Source: Adineta vaga
Taxonomy: Eukaryota > Animalia > Rotifera
Direction: 5' to 3'
Assembly (NCBI GenBank): GCA_021613535.1
Contig: CP075494.1
Coordinates: 6,200,001 to 6,264,000 of the forward strand
Length of the DNA: 64,000 bases
The notes under the pieces were generated by a model. It saw only the letters and a list, made by a program, of their open reading frames with translations. It was not told the DNA's origin and did no database searches. Positions 1 through 14,328 of the stretch are shown one piece after another. Position 1 is the stretch's first letter. Each line of letters opens with the position of its first letter. The position numbers were made by a program, and so were the translations under genes.

Positions 1-576
1 AATTAGAACAAAAAATAGAGAAAGTAACCAGATTGATTGATGGAAATGTATATAAACATGAAATTTTTTCTAATAAATGAGTAACCAAATTTTCTTAGCA
101 TGACAGAGCATAGCAATTCTTTACGTCATGATCATCTCGCAAAATATTGCAAATTTCATCAAAATGATCGACTCTTCCTCTTTCATGACATATCGACCAC
201 TAAGTCCTTCAAAATGAAAAATTTCGTCCAACAGATGATTTATCATTTATTTCATCATTATGATTGTATATTCTCAATAAAAGACATCAATCATATCGAT
301 AGATAATAATTCTTAATTTTATTCATGAAAAAATAAATTCGAAAAAGTTTTTTTTTCTTCATATTTCTTTTTCTTTTCTTCTCAAACAAAATATTTGATT
401 TGTGGAGAGGCACATGTATGTGTCTCATGGCAGCTAACAGCTATATAAGAACGATCGAAATCATCAGCTGCGAGACAGGACACAGTGAAATCAAAAGAAA
501 AAAGAACAACATATGTACTGTCAATATAATTTAAAATTTAAGAAAATTTTTTGTCAGATAAAGACTTCTTGTCATC

Positions 577-1974
577 ATGTTTACAACAACTAATGTGAAT
601 TCACCAGTAGTATCGACTACTGCTATTGTTCGTCCTAGTTTTCAAATCATGAATACACCAAATAATCATCATACACTTGTTTCATCTTCTCCGACAAATC
701 CTTCATGGCGTTTAACAACTCCTACACCGACTGTTGTTTCAATTATTAATGAATATTCACCGACAATTTATCTTGCATCTCAACCATCATCATCATCATC
801 ATCATCATCGTCGTCAGCAGCAGCGACAACAACGCCTAATCTTATTCGTCAGCCTTTACAAACAGTACGTCAGGTATCACCATCATTTACATTAATTAAT
901 AATAGTAATACAATATTAACTGGTCATGTTCCATCGATCTCACCATCAGTTAATACTTCAAATTTTCAATCAAGCGTTTGTGTTGAAACATCTAATCTTG
1001 GACGACTAGCGACGTCAATTATTGCAGAAACATCGGAAGAAAAGGTGGAATAAGAGAAAAAAAGCCAAAGAGATTATTTCAAAATAGAGAATATTTCTTT
1101 TTAGACTTCTTCAATAACTAATGATGTCGATATAACGAATAATTCTCAAGAACCTGAAATTGAATTATATGTAAATAATATTGTTTGCTCATTTGCACTT
1201 GGTTGTCAATTAAATCTACGGAAAATTGCAATGGAAGCTGCAAATGTTATTTATAAACGTGGTCATGCTGTACGTTTGAAATTCTTTTCATATTTTTTAT
1301 TCATTCGAAAGTTTTTTCTTCATACTTTAGATGGTTTTAATGAAGATTCGAAATCCATATTGTTCAGCTAATGTCTGGTCATCAGGCAAAGTGACAGTAA
1401 CAGGAACAACGACGTATGTTAAATGAATCATATTCTATATGTCTATGTCCTTTGGTATATATTCTAGTGAGGATGATGCTCAACGTGGAGCACGACGGGT
1501 TGCTCGATGTTTACAACGGCTTGGATTCAAAACAAAACTTCGAAACTATCGAATTGTTAACTGTCTTGCAACATGTTCAATGCCATGGCAAATTGATATT
1601 GGTAAATTAAGTCGAATGTATCCCGAATGTGTCAGGTAAATCAATAAAATACAATGGTAAAAATCAAAATTTATTTCTTATTTGAAAAATTCTAGTTATG
1701 AACCCGAAATTCATCCGGGAGCTACAGTCAGATTGGACAATAAAGCCGTTCTCAAAGTTTTTACCACTGGTAGTGTAACATTGACAGGTAAGAATAGTTT
1801 TTCCATGGAAAATTCATTCGCATATTCTTTTATTTAATATCCAAAGTGTATATATTTTTGTCTTTCTTTTTTATAGCACCGTCCGTTGATCGTATCAATA
1901 CAGCAGTAAATGAATTCTATCCTCAATTATTCGAATGTCGAAAACCGAGGTCTAATAATGAACAACGGCGTTAA
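577..1974 (+). CDS. TBPL1: TBP-like factor (TLF/TRF2) with long Ser/Thr/Pro-rich N-terminus; 6 exons
   Basis: Spliced exons ~577-1044, 1105-1269, 1331-1413, 1468-1635, 1695-1787, 1877-1974 give VNNIVCSF..LNLRKIA, VLMKIRNP..ANVWSSGKVTVTG, GARRVARCLQRLGF, YEPEIHPG, LKVFTTGSVTLT. The WSSGK and YEPExHP variants are TLF-type rather than TBP-type. Confidence 0.9.
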
Positions 1975-1975
1975 A

Positions 1976-2008
1976 TCTTCTTCTTCTTCTTCTTCTTCTT
2001 CTTCTTCT
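1976..2008 (+). repeat. (TCT)n microsatellite directly after the TBPL1 stop
   Basis: About 11 TCT units seen directly. Confidence 0.95.
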
Positions 2009-2679
2009 CAAGATAATCTTCAAATTTGTTTTTCTTTTTTTGTCATCTTGGCTTGTATATAAATATTATTAATATCATTGCGAAAGTCTTTTTGTCTCTA
2101 CTATCAGTTCTGTTCTTCTTTTTCTCTGTTGCTCATCTATCAAAACAAAGTCACATAAATTTGTTTGTTTTTTCTCTCGCTCTTTTGATTGTTATTCAAT
2201 TTCGTATATATATATATTTCTCTTTCTCTCTACAAATTGTATATATATTTATATATGTACAGATAAAGAGAACAAAACTTGATTATGACTAGCCTTCAAA
2301 GCTTTGTCATCTCTTGTCACTTCTTTTTCGATGTGAATTTCCTTGTTCGTGTGTGTACTTGTGTGTATGCCAATTTGTCATAGCCATTATCTACGTGGAC
2401 ACGATGCATATTATACAAATAGGTTGATATTTTTCTTTCTCTCTTCTTATTAGGCCATGTCTATCTTTTTTGTTTTGTTTTAATTCTATATCTACATTGT
2501 TTTCCTTGTTTTTTCTTTCTTTTCTCCTTCATATGGGCGTTACTTTGATCTCGTTGGTATACGAACACAAAAGAAACAAAAAATATGAGTAAACTTGAAC
2601 ATTCAGACGAACAACTAAAATGACTTGAAGTTATATTTATGTTTGTGGAATAATTCTCATTTGGTTTTTCGTTCTTTAG

Positions 2680-3391
2680 ATGGCTCTATTTGTGCGAAAA
2701 TGTTTCACTTTATCAACAGTAGGAAAGCAATTAGGGACATGTCTTTATCGACGATTAAGCATGACACCATTAACAAGTATGAATATCCAGATTTAATAGG
2801 AAAAATGATGATACTATAATTTTTGCTTTAGCTACTATCTCTCCACCTGTGGGCTACTCACCTGCAAATTTTCGAATACCATTACCTCGTCAACTACCGT
2901 CTTCTCAATCAATACCAATGCCTGCAACACTTCCATCTTCAATCATCTCATCGAATACGGTATCAATCGTAGATAAATGCTCATTATATGATGATCTACT
3001 CTATTATGATTGTCCATCAACTAGAACAGAAAAAGTTCGATGTGCTTGGACGTCAACAAACTATCGTTATAAACGGCAAAGACGTGTACGTAATCATCCT
3101 AGTCGTTTGAAAAATACAATGCAATATCGTGCACGTCGAATGCGTTTACATCATCGAAAGAAATGGTTAAAAAAATTCAAATATGATTTAATGAAGAAAC
3201 TTCGTGAAAAAATCAAACGTCGTGGTAAATTATTTGAAATGGAAAATGCCATTATTCTTGGTAAAGCTGATCGATTCAATGCTGAACATTATGTTAAACG
3301 TGAATTAGAAAAAGCTAAATTCTATGGTTATCATGTATCACCTATCTATGATAAAATACGTGATGATATCAATCGACTTAAAATCGAATAG
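2680..3391 (+). CDS. AURKAIP1: Mitochondrial ribosomal protein mS38 / AURKAIP1-like; 2 exons
   Basis: Exon 2680-2776 (MALFVRKCFTLST.., Arg-rich presequence-like) joins exon 2832-3391 via a phase-1 intron. The basic motif YRARRMRLHHRKKWLKKFK resembles the COX24/mS38 domain. Confidence 0.65.
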
Positions 3392-3765
3392 AATGATTCA
3401 TTTTGTATTTTATTAAAGATATTTTTGTTGTTGATCATGTTTTGTTTTTGTTATATTAGAACATTGATTAAAAGATTAGAAACGAATACGGTATAATTGA
3501 TGTTGTTCATAAGAAAAAAAAGAGAATGTTGTCATGTTTCATTTCATCGCTCAGATTCAATGGGAGAATCATGATAAAATTACAATGTAATGAAGAAAAA
3601 GAAAAATTGAGTCTATATTTTTTCTTCATTAATGTCTCACATTCAACCATATAGGTGATTCGTCACGCACTAATGCACAGCAATATCTTCTTTTTTTTTC
3701 GTATCTCGTCTCCTCTTTGTTCATCTAGGTAACGAGCTAAATTCATATAGTCTAACGTAGAAACA

Positions 3766-5722
3766 ATGACAACAAGAGCTAATTCTCAGATATCATATTC
3801 AACAATGCATAATAATAATAATGATGATCAACTATTTTCCGATGATCAAATTGCACGTTATGATGCTGATACAATAAAACATCGTTATGGTGATAACTGG
3901 AGAAATTATGCGTCAAATATACGTGAAATAAAACAAGCAGACGGAACAATTGTACGAGGTGATTGAATAGAACTTTTCTTTTGTTTTCTTCTTCCTATTT
4001 TGTTGATTTATTTCTGAAAAAAAACCCCACATTATATTCAATTCTTTAGAGTATATTATCGAAGATCCAAGTTTATTGAAAGAAATCAAACCAGCATTAG
4101 ATTCCACATCATCAACAACAGGTTCCGATGATGATCAACAATCATCAAAAAATAAATTTGCTCAAATTAAAGCAAAATTTGAACAAAAAACATTCACAAG
4201 TGTTATGGCATCACCAGCATCATCATCACCTTCGAGTAATAATACAGCATCAACAACACGTCGAAGTTCTACGAGACAAATAGATGATTCACATGGGAGA
4301 AACGCTCGAATACCTAGTGATTCTTCATCAATTCATCGACCTAATATTGATATGCCTTCTCCATATTCAGCTCTTTCTAATCCTAATTCAAGTAAAACTG
4401 CTAGTGTTCATTCTCAAGCATTATCACACAATAATTTTCGACGTTTACATTCGGCTGATGAAGCTGATGAAGAAGTTCATCGTATTCATCGACAAAGTGA
4501 AGAATTTCGTTATCGACATGAACCCTTACCTCCTGTAACTCAATCAATGAATCCACCAAAATTACCATCAAATGTTCAATATGAAGTTATTGATGAAGAT
4601 GGAAATCCAATGGTTATTGATGATGTACATGATTTAATAAAAATGTCAGGTGTTACAGCTCGAGAAGTGAAACAACCTAATGGTACAATTCTTCGAGAAT
4701 ATGTTATTGATGATCCAGAAATCTTAGCAAAATTTCGTTCGCAACAACAATCACCCATGGATTCTCAACATCGAAATCCTCACGATAATATACCTGCACC
4801 ACCACCACGTGTACCATTGAAACAGCCACCTTTATTTCGTCAAGGAACGGCAAATAATGAACCAAAATCTCCAATTAATATTCAACATGTGCGAGTAGTA
4901 GAACCTCAACGTCGTTATGAATATGTGACAACAACTGGTAAACGTATTGAATTTATTATAACAAATTTAGGATCTGATAATCAACCAGTTAATGATTCGG
5001 AAGTACGTGAAGTAGCTACTGCTATTAATACACGTCTTTTATCAACACCTTCGTCAACTACGAATAATGCACAACAGCAACAGCAACAGCAGCAGCAGCA
5101 ACAACAACAACAGCAATTTACTCTTCCAAAACCATGGCATCCAGCCGTTGATTTAACACATCGTGAAGCACCTGTTCGACAACGTATTGGTTCAGATAGT
5201 CAACCGCCACGAAGTAATTATAGTACTGCTTTTCATCAATTACATCCTCCACAACTTGAATTAACTCGTTCACAATCGTATGGTGCACTTAATCAACCAT
5301 CTTACCAACAATCGTTTGCACCTGTTTTTGCTGAACCAATTATTGATTGGAGTGCAATTCAACAACAAGATCCACATGGTCAAATCGATCCTCAACTTGT
5401 TCGACAATTTATTACACAAAAACATCAAATCGGAGGTTTTCAAACATCAGCACAATTTCTTCCTGGTCAACAAGAACAATCGAAGCAGCAACAGCAACAA
5501 CAACAACAACAACTGCCACCACAATTATCTAGATCAGCTGCTTCATCACCACAAACTCAAATGCCTGTTTTCTATCCACAAACAATGTCTTATCCATATC
5601 AAGGTCAACAACAACATGGCGTTAGAATAGTTACTAATGATAATAATCAAACTGTAACTCAACAACAGCAGCAGCAGCAGCAACAGGTATTAGTTTCTGG
5701 CAATGCACATAGTCGAGTTTAA
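3766..5722 (+). CDS. Uncharacterised Gln-rich protein with internal repeated motif; 2 exons
   Basis: Exon 3766-3958 (cgag|gtgatt) is spliced to ~4049-5722 (tttag|ag), restoring IVR-EYIIEDP. Long ORF with three poly-Q tracts; AATAAA at ~5763. Confidence 0.8.
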
Positions 5723-7029
5723 TTAGCTATAGAATGAATATGCATTTGTTTTTTGAATATGAAATAAAACATTGTTTCACTTTTTCATCTTCATATTATC
5801 GCTTCACTTGTTTAAATCTCATGTTTTAATCCTTTTTTTGTATATAATATGAAAAAAACATGTCTTCCACTATTAATTATCTTAAAAAAAGAAGAATATA
5901 AACTATGTTCGACAAGATAATCAAACATTGCATGATAGAGAAATCCTCATGAAAGAAAAAGTTCCACTGTTGAATAGAGTAATTCTTTCGGAAAATTCGT
6001 TTAAATATCACGAATCGTCATTTGATATTATCATATACGTCTGATAGTGATCATTCATGTATATCAAATCTTAAAAATTCTCTCGAGATTTCAAGATGAT
6101 TAACATCGAATCAAAAATAATATACATATGATCAATCTAATTTATGCTCTTCAAATTCATAAAAATAAAACAAAGAATATAGATTCTAATATCACTACCA
6201 ATTAGTATTTATGCACGCATTTCCATTCTAAAGGTCATGAAAGGAAATACTGCCTGTCACGATCGACAAATATGAACTAAGTTCAATAACATTCGATAGA
6301 CATTCATTTTTATGCATAACATCATATCTTTTTCGATCTGACTAAAAGAAAACTAGAATTAACTTGATCTAAATATGAGTGTGTGTGTTTTTTCTGTTAA
6401 CAGGGGGTGTATAATAACTTCTTTTTAATTTTTCCGGAGAAAAAAAAGAACCTTTACACTAACTTATAATTAGACTTTGATACTAAAAAAAGATCCTGTT
6501 ATCTGTATCTCTTAATTGGAAGAAAACCAATTAGACCTGCGAAAATAACATGAATCTTCAATATGCATCCGATTTTATGGCCTAAAATTGCACAATTTTC
6601 TTTCTTTTTTTAACATACGATTCTATATGAACACTTTGAAATCGAGTGAAGATTGCTACGAATCATCAATCCGTTTCCTTTTTGGTAATTCAAGACTAGT
6701 TGGTTTCTGTCTTTTCCTCTCTCTTCCTCTCTATTTATATATTCCATATATTAATAGATCTATGAATGTTAGTGAATAGATCGAAAATAAGATTTTATCT
6801 TTTCTCTCTATCTCTCACACACACTTCTTCTCTCGTTTTATCAAGAGGAAAAGATAGAATTAACGATCAGATCTTTGAAGAAAAAGCCTCACATTTTTCT
6901 TTGGAGATATGTCATTGCAATTGACTTTAAACGATTGAACTACACATTAAGAACATGTTATTTTAATCTATCAAAGTAAGTAGAAAAACTCTCATAAAGA
7001 ATTCTTCATCTATATAATAGAAGAAAGAA

Positions 7030-7062
<33 letters not shown>

Positions 7063-7325
7063 AAAATTCTTTTCAAAAATGAGAAAACGTGTTGATGAGT
7101 AATATATAGCTTGAATTGTCTATAATCTAATAAGTTTGAAAGTCGCGGAACAGACTTGATGATTTATAGAAAGCATTCTTTGCGATTGGCATGTTCTTAT
7201 TGAAAAAAAAGAAAGAAGAACGGAAATATGTCATCGTTTTAGTGTTAGTAGCCATGAGAAATTGAGCAAAAATATGATTAAACACGTCGAATGTATTTTT
7301 ACACTTATTTTCTTTTTCAGAGATC

Positions 7326-7883
7326 ATGGCAAGTACAGTACGTGTCGTCGATCAGAAACCGACGTTTGTAATTAACATATGTTCATCAGAAGATAATAAT
7401 AATGATGAACATATTAAAAAGCCAACAACTTGTTCATCAAAATCGAATCTTCTTACACGTTCATTAACTTTACCCAACTATGGTCAAGCTTATAAAGATT
7501 TGTCTGGTACTATTCATTATTCGTCATCAAATTCTTATAAGAATTCTTTTACAAAATCGCATTCATATCCGAACAATTATCTTCTACATGAAAAATCTTC
7601 CGGTTTACAATCGTCACTGTCTGCTATTAATTGTGGAATAGGTTTACTGGATCCATACAATGGTACTCAATCACCCGGTGGTTCATCATCACGTTATTCG
7701 TTATATGGAAGTTTTTTTGATCTTTCAGAAAGTGGTTATCATCCATCATTAATGAAAACAGACAATAAACTATTAACTATTGACGGTAAACCATTATTGA
7801 TTGTCGATAATTCATCTCGATTTTCAATGAATGCATGTCAAGATAAATGTAAAGATTGGCTTACTCGTATTAATTCGATGTAG
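7326..7883 (+). CDS. Uncharacterised Ser-rich protein, single coding exon
   Basis: 185-aa ORF starting 5 nt after the acceptor ttttcag (7320). Upstream donor gtaagt at ~6977 suggests a 5'UTR intron. Confidence 0.65.
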   Translation: MASTVRVVDQKPTFVINICSSEDNNNDEHIKKPTTCSSKSNLLTRSLTLPNYGQAYKDLSGTIHYSSSNSYKNSFTKSHSYPNNYLLHEKSSGLQSSLSAINCGIGLLDPYNGTQSPGGSSSRYSLYGSFFDLSESGYHPSLMKTDNKLLTIDGKPLLIVDNSSRFSMNACQDKCKDWLTRINSM

Positions 7884-8728
7884 AAATTTTTAATTGAAAA
7901 AAAAATGTTCATATTTCAATATTGCTCTCAATGGAAGTAATCGTATGCATTTGAAAGAACTTCTTTAGTTAATAAAGAATACTTAAGAATATATTGTAGG
8001 AAACGGAAGATATTGTCTCGAATGAGTAAATTATAAAATTCAACATATTTTCTCTTGTCTTATTGTAATATACGATATGATTTTATTTCATTAAAAAGCA
8101 AAAAAGTAACTTTATTTTTCTAGATCCGATTATTTACATGAGCGAGATAACGCTTGGCATTCAAAATTTCAGTGCATGTAATTAGATAAAGGTTAAAAGC
8201 TTGTTTAAATGTCTTTAGCTATTTATAGTTTTTTAGAACTCATTACAAATAAAATCTTAAAGTGAATAGTTGCCTACAATTAGATTCATTTCAAGTTGCG
8301 ACGGATAAAGTTTTTTAATTCTTCCTTTCAATGTTATGTTTATATGCAATAAGTAGAGGGAGAGAGAGAGAGAAAAAAAAGAAAGAATGTATGACATACT
8401 CCGCGAAAAGAAAAATGTGAAATAGGGAAATAAAAATCAGTCACGTCGAACGCATCTCACAGTCATCATATATAAACGAAAAATAAAACAAACAAGTTCA
8501 CGTCTATGCTAATCATTTGATAGAAACATGACATGAAGAATTGTTATTTTCTCTCTCGTCAAAAGTGAACAAGTTTAAAGAAAAGTATGGTGCATGACAA
8601 TCAAAGCTGAGCAACAAAAAGAAAAAAGAAACATGACTCCAATTACATATGATAGAGAAAAGAAATAATAAAGTTCTCAACGATTGATTAATAAGTTGAA
8701 AGAAGAGAAAAAAACCGAAATGTTATAT

Positions 8729-9672
<944 letters not shown>

Positions 9673-10688
9673 TCAATTGCTTGTATTTTTCTTAGGTTTT
9701 ATCTGCAATAAATCTAATCATAACAAGATAATATATTTTGAGTATTTAATAGAAGTTTTCTCTTCTATTTTTTTCTCTTCAGAATACTTTTAATTCATTT
9801 GTGTATACATACACAAAAGTTTAGATGTGACGCGTCGTTTATTCAAGTTTTCATTGGTCAAGATTGGACTGTTTCACCATCTGAATCATCAACTCATATG
9901 AAATAACTTAGCCATTGTAATTACAATGCTATAGATGGCACTAGATGATCAGACATTGCTTCATTAAAACGAATCGGTGTAAAAGAGAAAACTCTTAATC
10001 GAATATGAAATATCAGGAATATATTTTGACACTCGAACAGCAGAAAAGGAAACGCGTTTTGAAAGAAGAAGTCTTACAGTACACATCACAATGGATATTC
10101 TTTGCCTTTTATTGAAGCGCATAAAAAGTTTAAAAAAATTGTAATCTCAAATTTATATTTTTTTTGTTTTTTAAAATAAAACGTTCTAATTGTTTTTTAT
10201 ATCTTCAACAATTTGAATCTATTGACATCATTTTGCAAAGTTAATCTAGTTCAAAGTTTTGCTATCTACTACTGAACTAGTCTTTTTTTTTCTCTTCTCA
10301 TATTATTTATTTTAAACAATACCATATTTTCATTTATCATTTATTTCTCACAACATACCTCCGAACGCAAGTCCTTTGACAATTAATATCATTACTATGC
10401 TTCATACATTCAAGTTTGATTATTATTTTCTAGTAGAAATTATATTTATTCGCTCACATATATCGATACTATTTCCCCATAGGTATTGTCCTATCGACAT
10501 TCTTACCTTATGTCGTCAATCGAATATTTTTTATTCTCGATCCTATTGGGACAGTTGAAACACGAGAAAAAAAGTAATAAGATGACGTCGATAACAAATT
10601 AAGTTTTTCTTTTCGTTATTGTTTTTCTAACTGAGCAAAAACATTGACATTATTTTACCAATTGAGTAAGTAATACACGCACAGTACG

Positions 10689-13600
10689 ATGTACATTGAA
10701 CAACAACACATTCGTTCACCACCACCTTTAAATTATCTTGATGCAACATCAAGTAGTTCAGAAAACGATTCGTACGTTGATGGAAGATTTCCTAATAAAA
10801 AAAATCAAGGACAATATAATAGCCAACGACACGGAAATAATCCATGTAAACAACTTTTCCGATTTATTCGAAGTAAGTTATTTTAGTATAAACTGAAAAA
10901 TAAAATAAATTCTTCTATTTGTTTTAGAACTTTGGGCAACACAACAAACGGAAAATATTAATTGTGAAGAAAACTTAAATGTCTATGCAAAGACAACTAT
11001 TCGTGAATTGACTATATATTTGGTTTTTGTTTCAGTTTTATCAATTGGTAAATGACTATTTACAAATAATTATCTTCTATACTTGATAATTTTAGTCGTA
11101 TTCGGTATGGTCAGTTCAAATATGTTTACATTGACACAAGCGTTAAAAGGTGTATTTGTCGATGCTCATATGACTGATGATGCGAATAAAACAGGTGCAT
11201 CATTTTCAGAACTTAATCATATGGAAGATTTTTGGCAGGTAGGAAATGCTTATGAAAGATAAATCGGAAGAAAATATCTTAATCTTTCTTCTTTATATTT
11301 AGTATATGAATGATATTGCTGCACCAGGTTTTTTTACTGAAAATTGGTACAATGATGATAATGTTAGTAATTATGGTTATATTCTATATGAAAATCGTTT
11401 AATTGGATCGATTCAAATGCGTCAAAAGAAAGTACGCAATAATTCATGTATTGTAGCAGATGATTTTAAACATGAAATAAAATTCTGTTTAAATTCTTAT
11501 GCACCGGCTTTTGAAGAGAAGAATTCATTTGGACCTTGTGAAAATTTTGATGCAGAAAATTGTACTACGGAAGCGTAAGTTTGAGTTATTCAAAAGGAAA
11601 AAGTTTGATTTTGAAATCTTTTCTAGATTTAAATACACCCCCTCGACATCATTATTCGGATTTACTACAACAGGAAGAGTTGGTGAGTATGATCAAGGTG
11701 GTTATGTTCATACATTTGCTTCATCACAAGAAGAATTCAAGAATGAAATTGCAGAATTGAAAGAAAAGTAAGTGATATTTGTGATCATATCATATGAAGA
11801 TTATGAAAGTACAATGAGTAACAAACTTGAGAGATTCCATCATCTATATTCACAGTCTTTGGATAACACTTGGTACTCGAGCAATCATTGTTGATTTTAC
11901 CGTCTACAATGCGAATCTCAATCTATTTTGTCAAGTACAGTAAGTTGAATAGTTTTTAGTCAATTAAATGATCTTATCCTTCCTTATTTATTCTTCAATA
12001 TAGATTGATGTTTGAATTTCCAGCGGTTGGTGGTGTAGTTACTTCATCAAAATTTCGTGCAGTGAAACTTATTCGTTATGTCGATGTCTTTGATTATTTT
12101 GTTTTAAGCTGTGAAATTCTCGTCGCATTGTTTATTGTCTATTATTCAATTGAAGAAATACTTGAGGTAAGTCTATAATTGAAATTTAGAAATTCCATCA
12201 AACAGTTGTTACACTTTCATTTAGATTAAAACAATGAAATCACGATATTTTCATTCCGTAATGAATTGTTTAGATCTCATCGTCATTATTCTATCGTATA
12301 TTTGTATGGGATTCAATATCTATCGACAAATTCAAGTGAATAATTTACTTGATCAATTATTACAAAAACAAACACGACAATACAGTGATTTTACCTTTCT
12401 TTGCTATTGGCAGTATCAATTGAATAATGTTATCAGTGCTACAATCTTTCTCGCATGGATTAAAGTTTGTCGATAGAAATTGAAATCGTAATTTTAAAAA
12501 TATTTTCATCTATTTAGATCTTTAAATATATTAGTTTTAATAAAACAATGACACAATTAAGTGAAACATTAACAAAATGTGCCAAGGATATATCAGGTTT
12601 TGCTTTGATGTTCTTTATTATCTTTTCTGCATTTGCACAACTTGGTTATTTAACATTTGGAATTCAAATTGAAGGTTTTCGTGCATTTCAATATTCTGTG
12701 TAAATGAGCGAAACGAACTTTATCTTCTTTTCATAATTTCATTTCAATTATTTTTAGTTATACATTATTTTTGGTTATCTTGGGCAGCTTTGATTTTCCA
12801 GCACTTCAACAAGCACATCGTGTTCTAGGTAAGATATTCTTAAACGAAAGTTTTTTTGAATAAAACTAAATAAATCTATGAATAGGACCGATCTTCTTTT
12901 TGACATATGTCTTTTTCGTTTTCTTCGTTTTATTAAATATGTTTTTGGCTATTATCAATGATACATATATGGAAGTGAAAGCTGATTTAAAAAATAGGAA
13001 GAGTCAATTTGCGTTGGGAGACTTTGTTAAACAAGGTTATGCTAAAATGCGTCAACGTTTAACTATTAAACGTGATCGTCTTGCTGATATTCGAAAAGCT
13101 TTATCAGTCGCTGATGTTAATTGTGATAAAGTCTTAGATTTTGAAGAATGGCGTACTGAAATGAAATCACGTGGTTATGCTGAAGAAGAAATTGAACAAA
13201 TGTTTGCACGATATGATACGAATGGTGACCGAGTTTTAGATGAAGATGAACAACGAGTATTGAAAGAAGATTTAGCAAGACAAAGTGATGCTATACTTCG
13301 CGAAATGGATCAATTGAATATGACAACTAATAAGTAATGATGAAATTAAAGAATGACAGATATCTATATATTTCCGTTGTTTTCTTATTTGTTAGTATAT
13401 CAATGAGACGTAGCAACAGTGAACGAAAGAGTAGTACATCATCTTCACAAGATTCGAAAATACAAGATGCTACGATGGATGATTATACAGATTTAGATCG
13501 ACGAATTGATACAATGGAATCATCGGTTAACCTTCTTTCATCGAAGGTAGTGAGAAAACACAAGTTTATTATCGTATAATAGCTTCAATTGATTTAGATC

Positions 13601-13778
13601 GATACTGTCTTTTCAAAGCTTGATGCTTATGAAAAACCTCAATCAAATCATTCTGCTACAACTGTTGGCTTTGAACATTTACCTCGTTCAATCATTAACA
13701 TTGAACATAATCCTGTAAGTTAATATTAGATATAAATTATGACGAAATTTCTTTTTCTTATCTTTTCAGATACATTGA
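10689..13778 (+). CDS. PKD2: Polycystin-2 (TRPP) cation channel; multi-exon
   Basis: [95 protein letters not shown] hands and C-terminal coiled coil. Confidence 0.95.
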
Positions 13779-14328
13779 ATTGCTTCAATATAATACATAT
13801 GTATATCTAATTAACTGACCTGTTCCTAAGAACAAAAAAAAAGAGATATTTTTCTGCTTATGTACATGTCCTCTTGTCTTGTATTAGCTATGTAAAATTC
13901 TATTCAATCTAAAACATATATACTTCTATATTTTATTCAAATAAACATGATCGATAGATGCTAATCTGTATCTTCACGTAATCCCATCAAATACACATTC
14001 TGCTAAGAGTTTTATTTAAAAATAGAATTTCATTGAAACAAGCATCAATAATTTTAGCAAGAATCTGAAACATGTGTGGCTAGAAGAAAAACTTGTCGTC
14101 ATAGACTAAATTAGCTAATACATAATACACATGTAGACAAAGAAAAATCTGCACCGGTAAACGTGTACAAAATCGAGGTAGAAAAAAAACAAACAAAACG
14201 AAAATAATTAAAGAGAGAACATTATGTATCACAATACTACAGAGAGAGAGAGAGACAAAGAGTATATCAATTCACCTATCTGAGATGAAATGATGAGCAG
14301 AGAGGGAAAGGAAAATCATCTGTAATAA

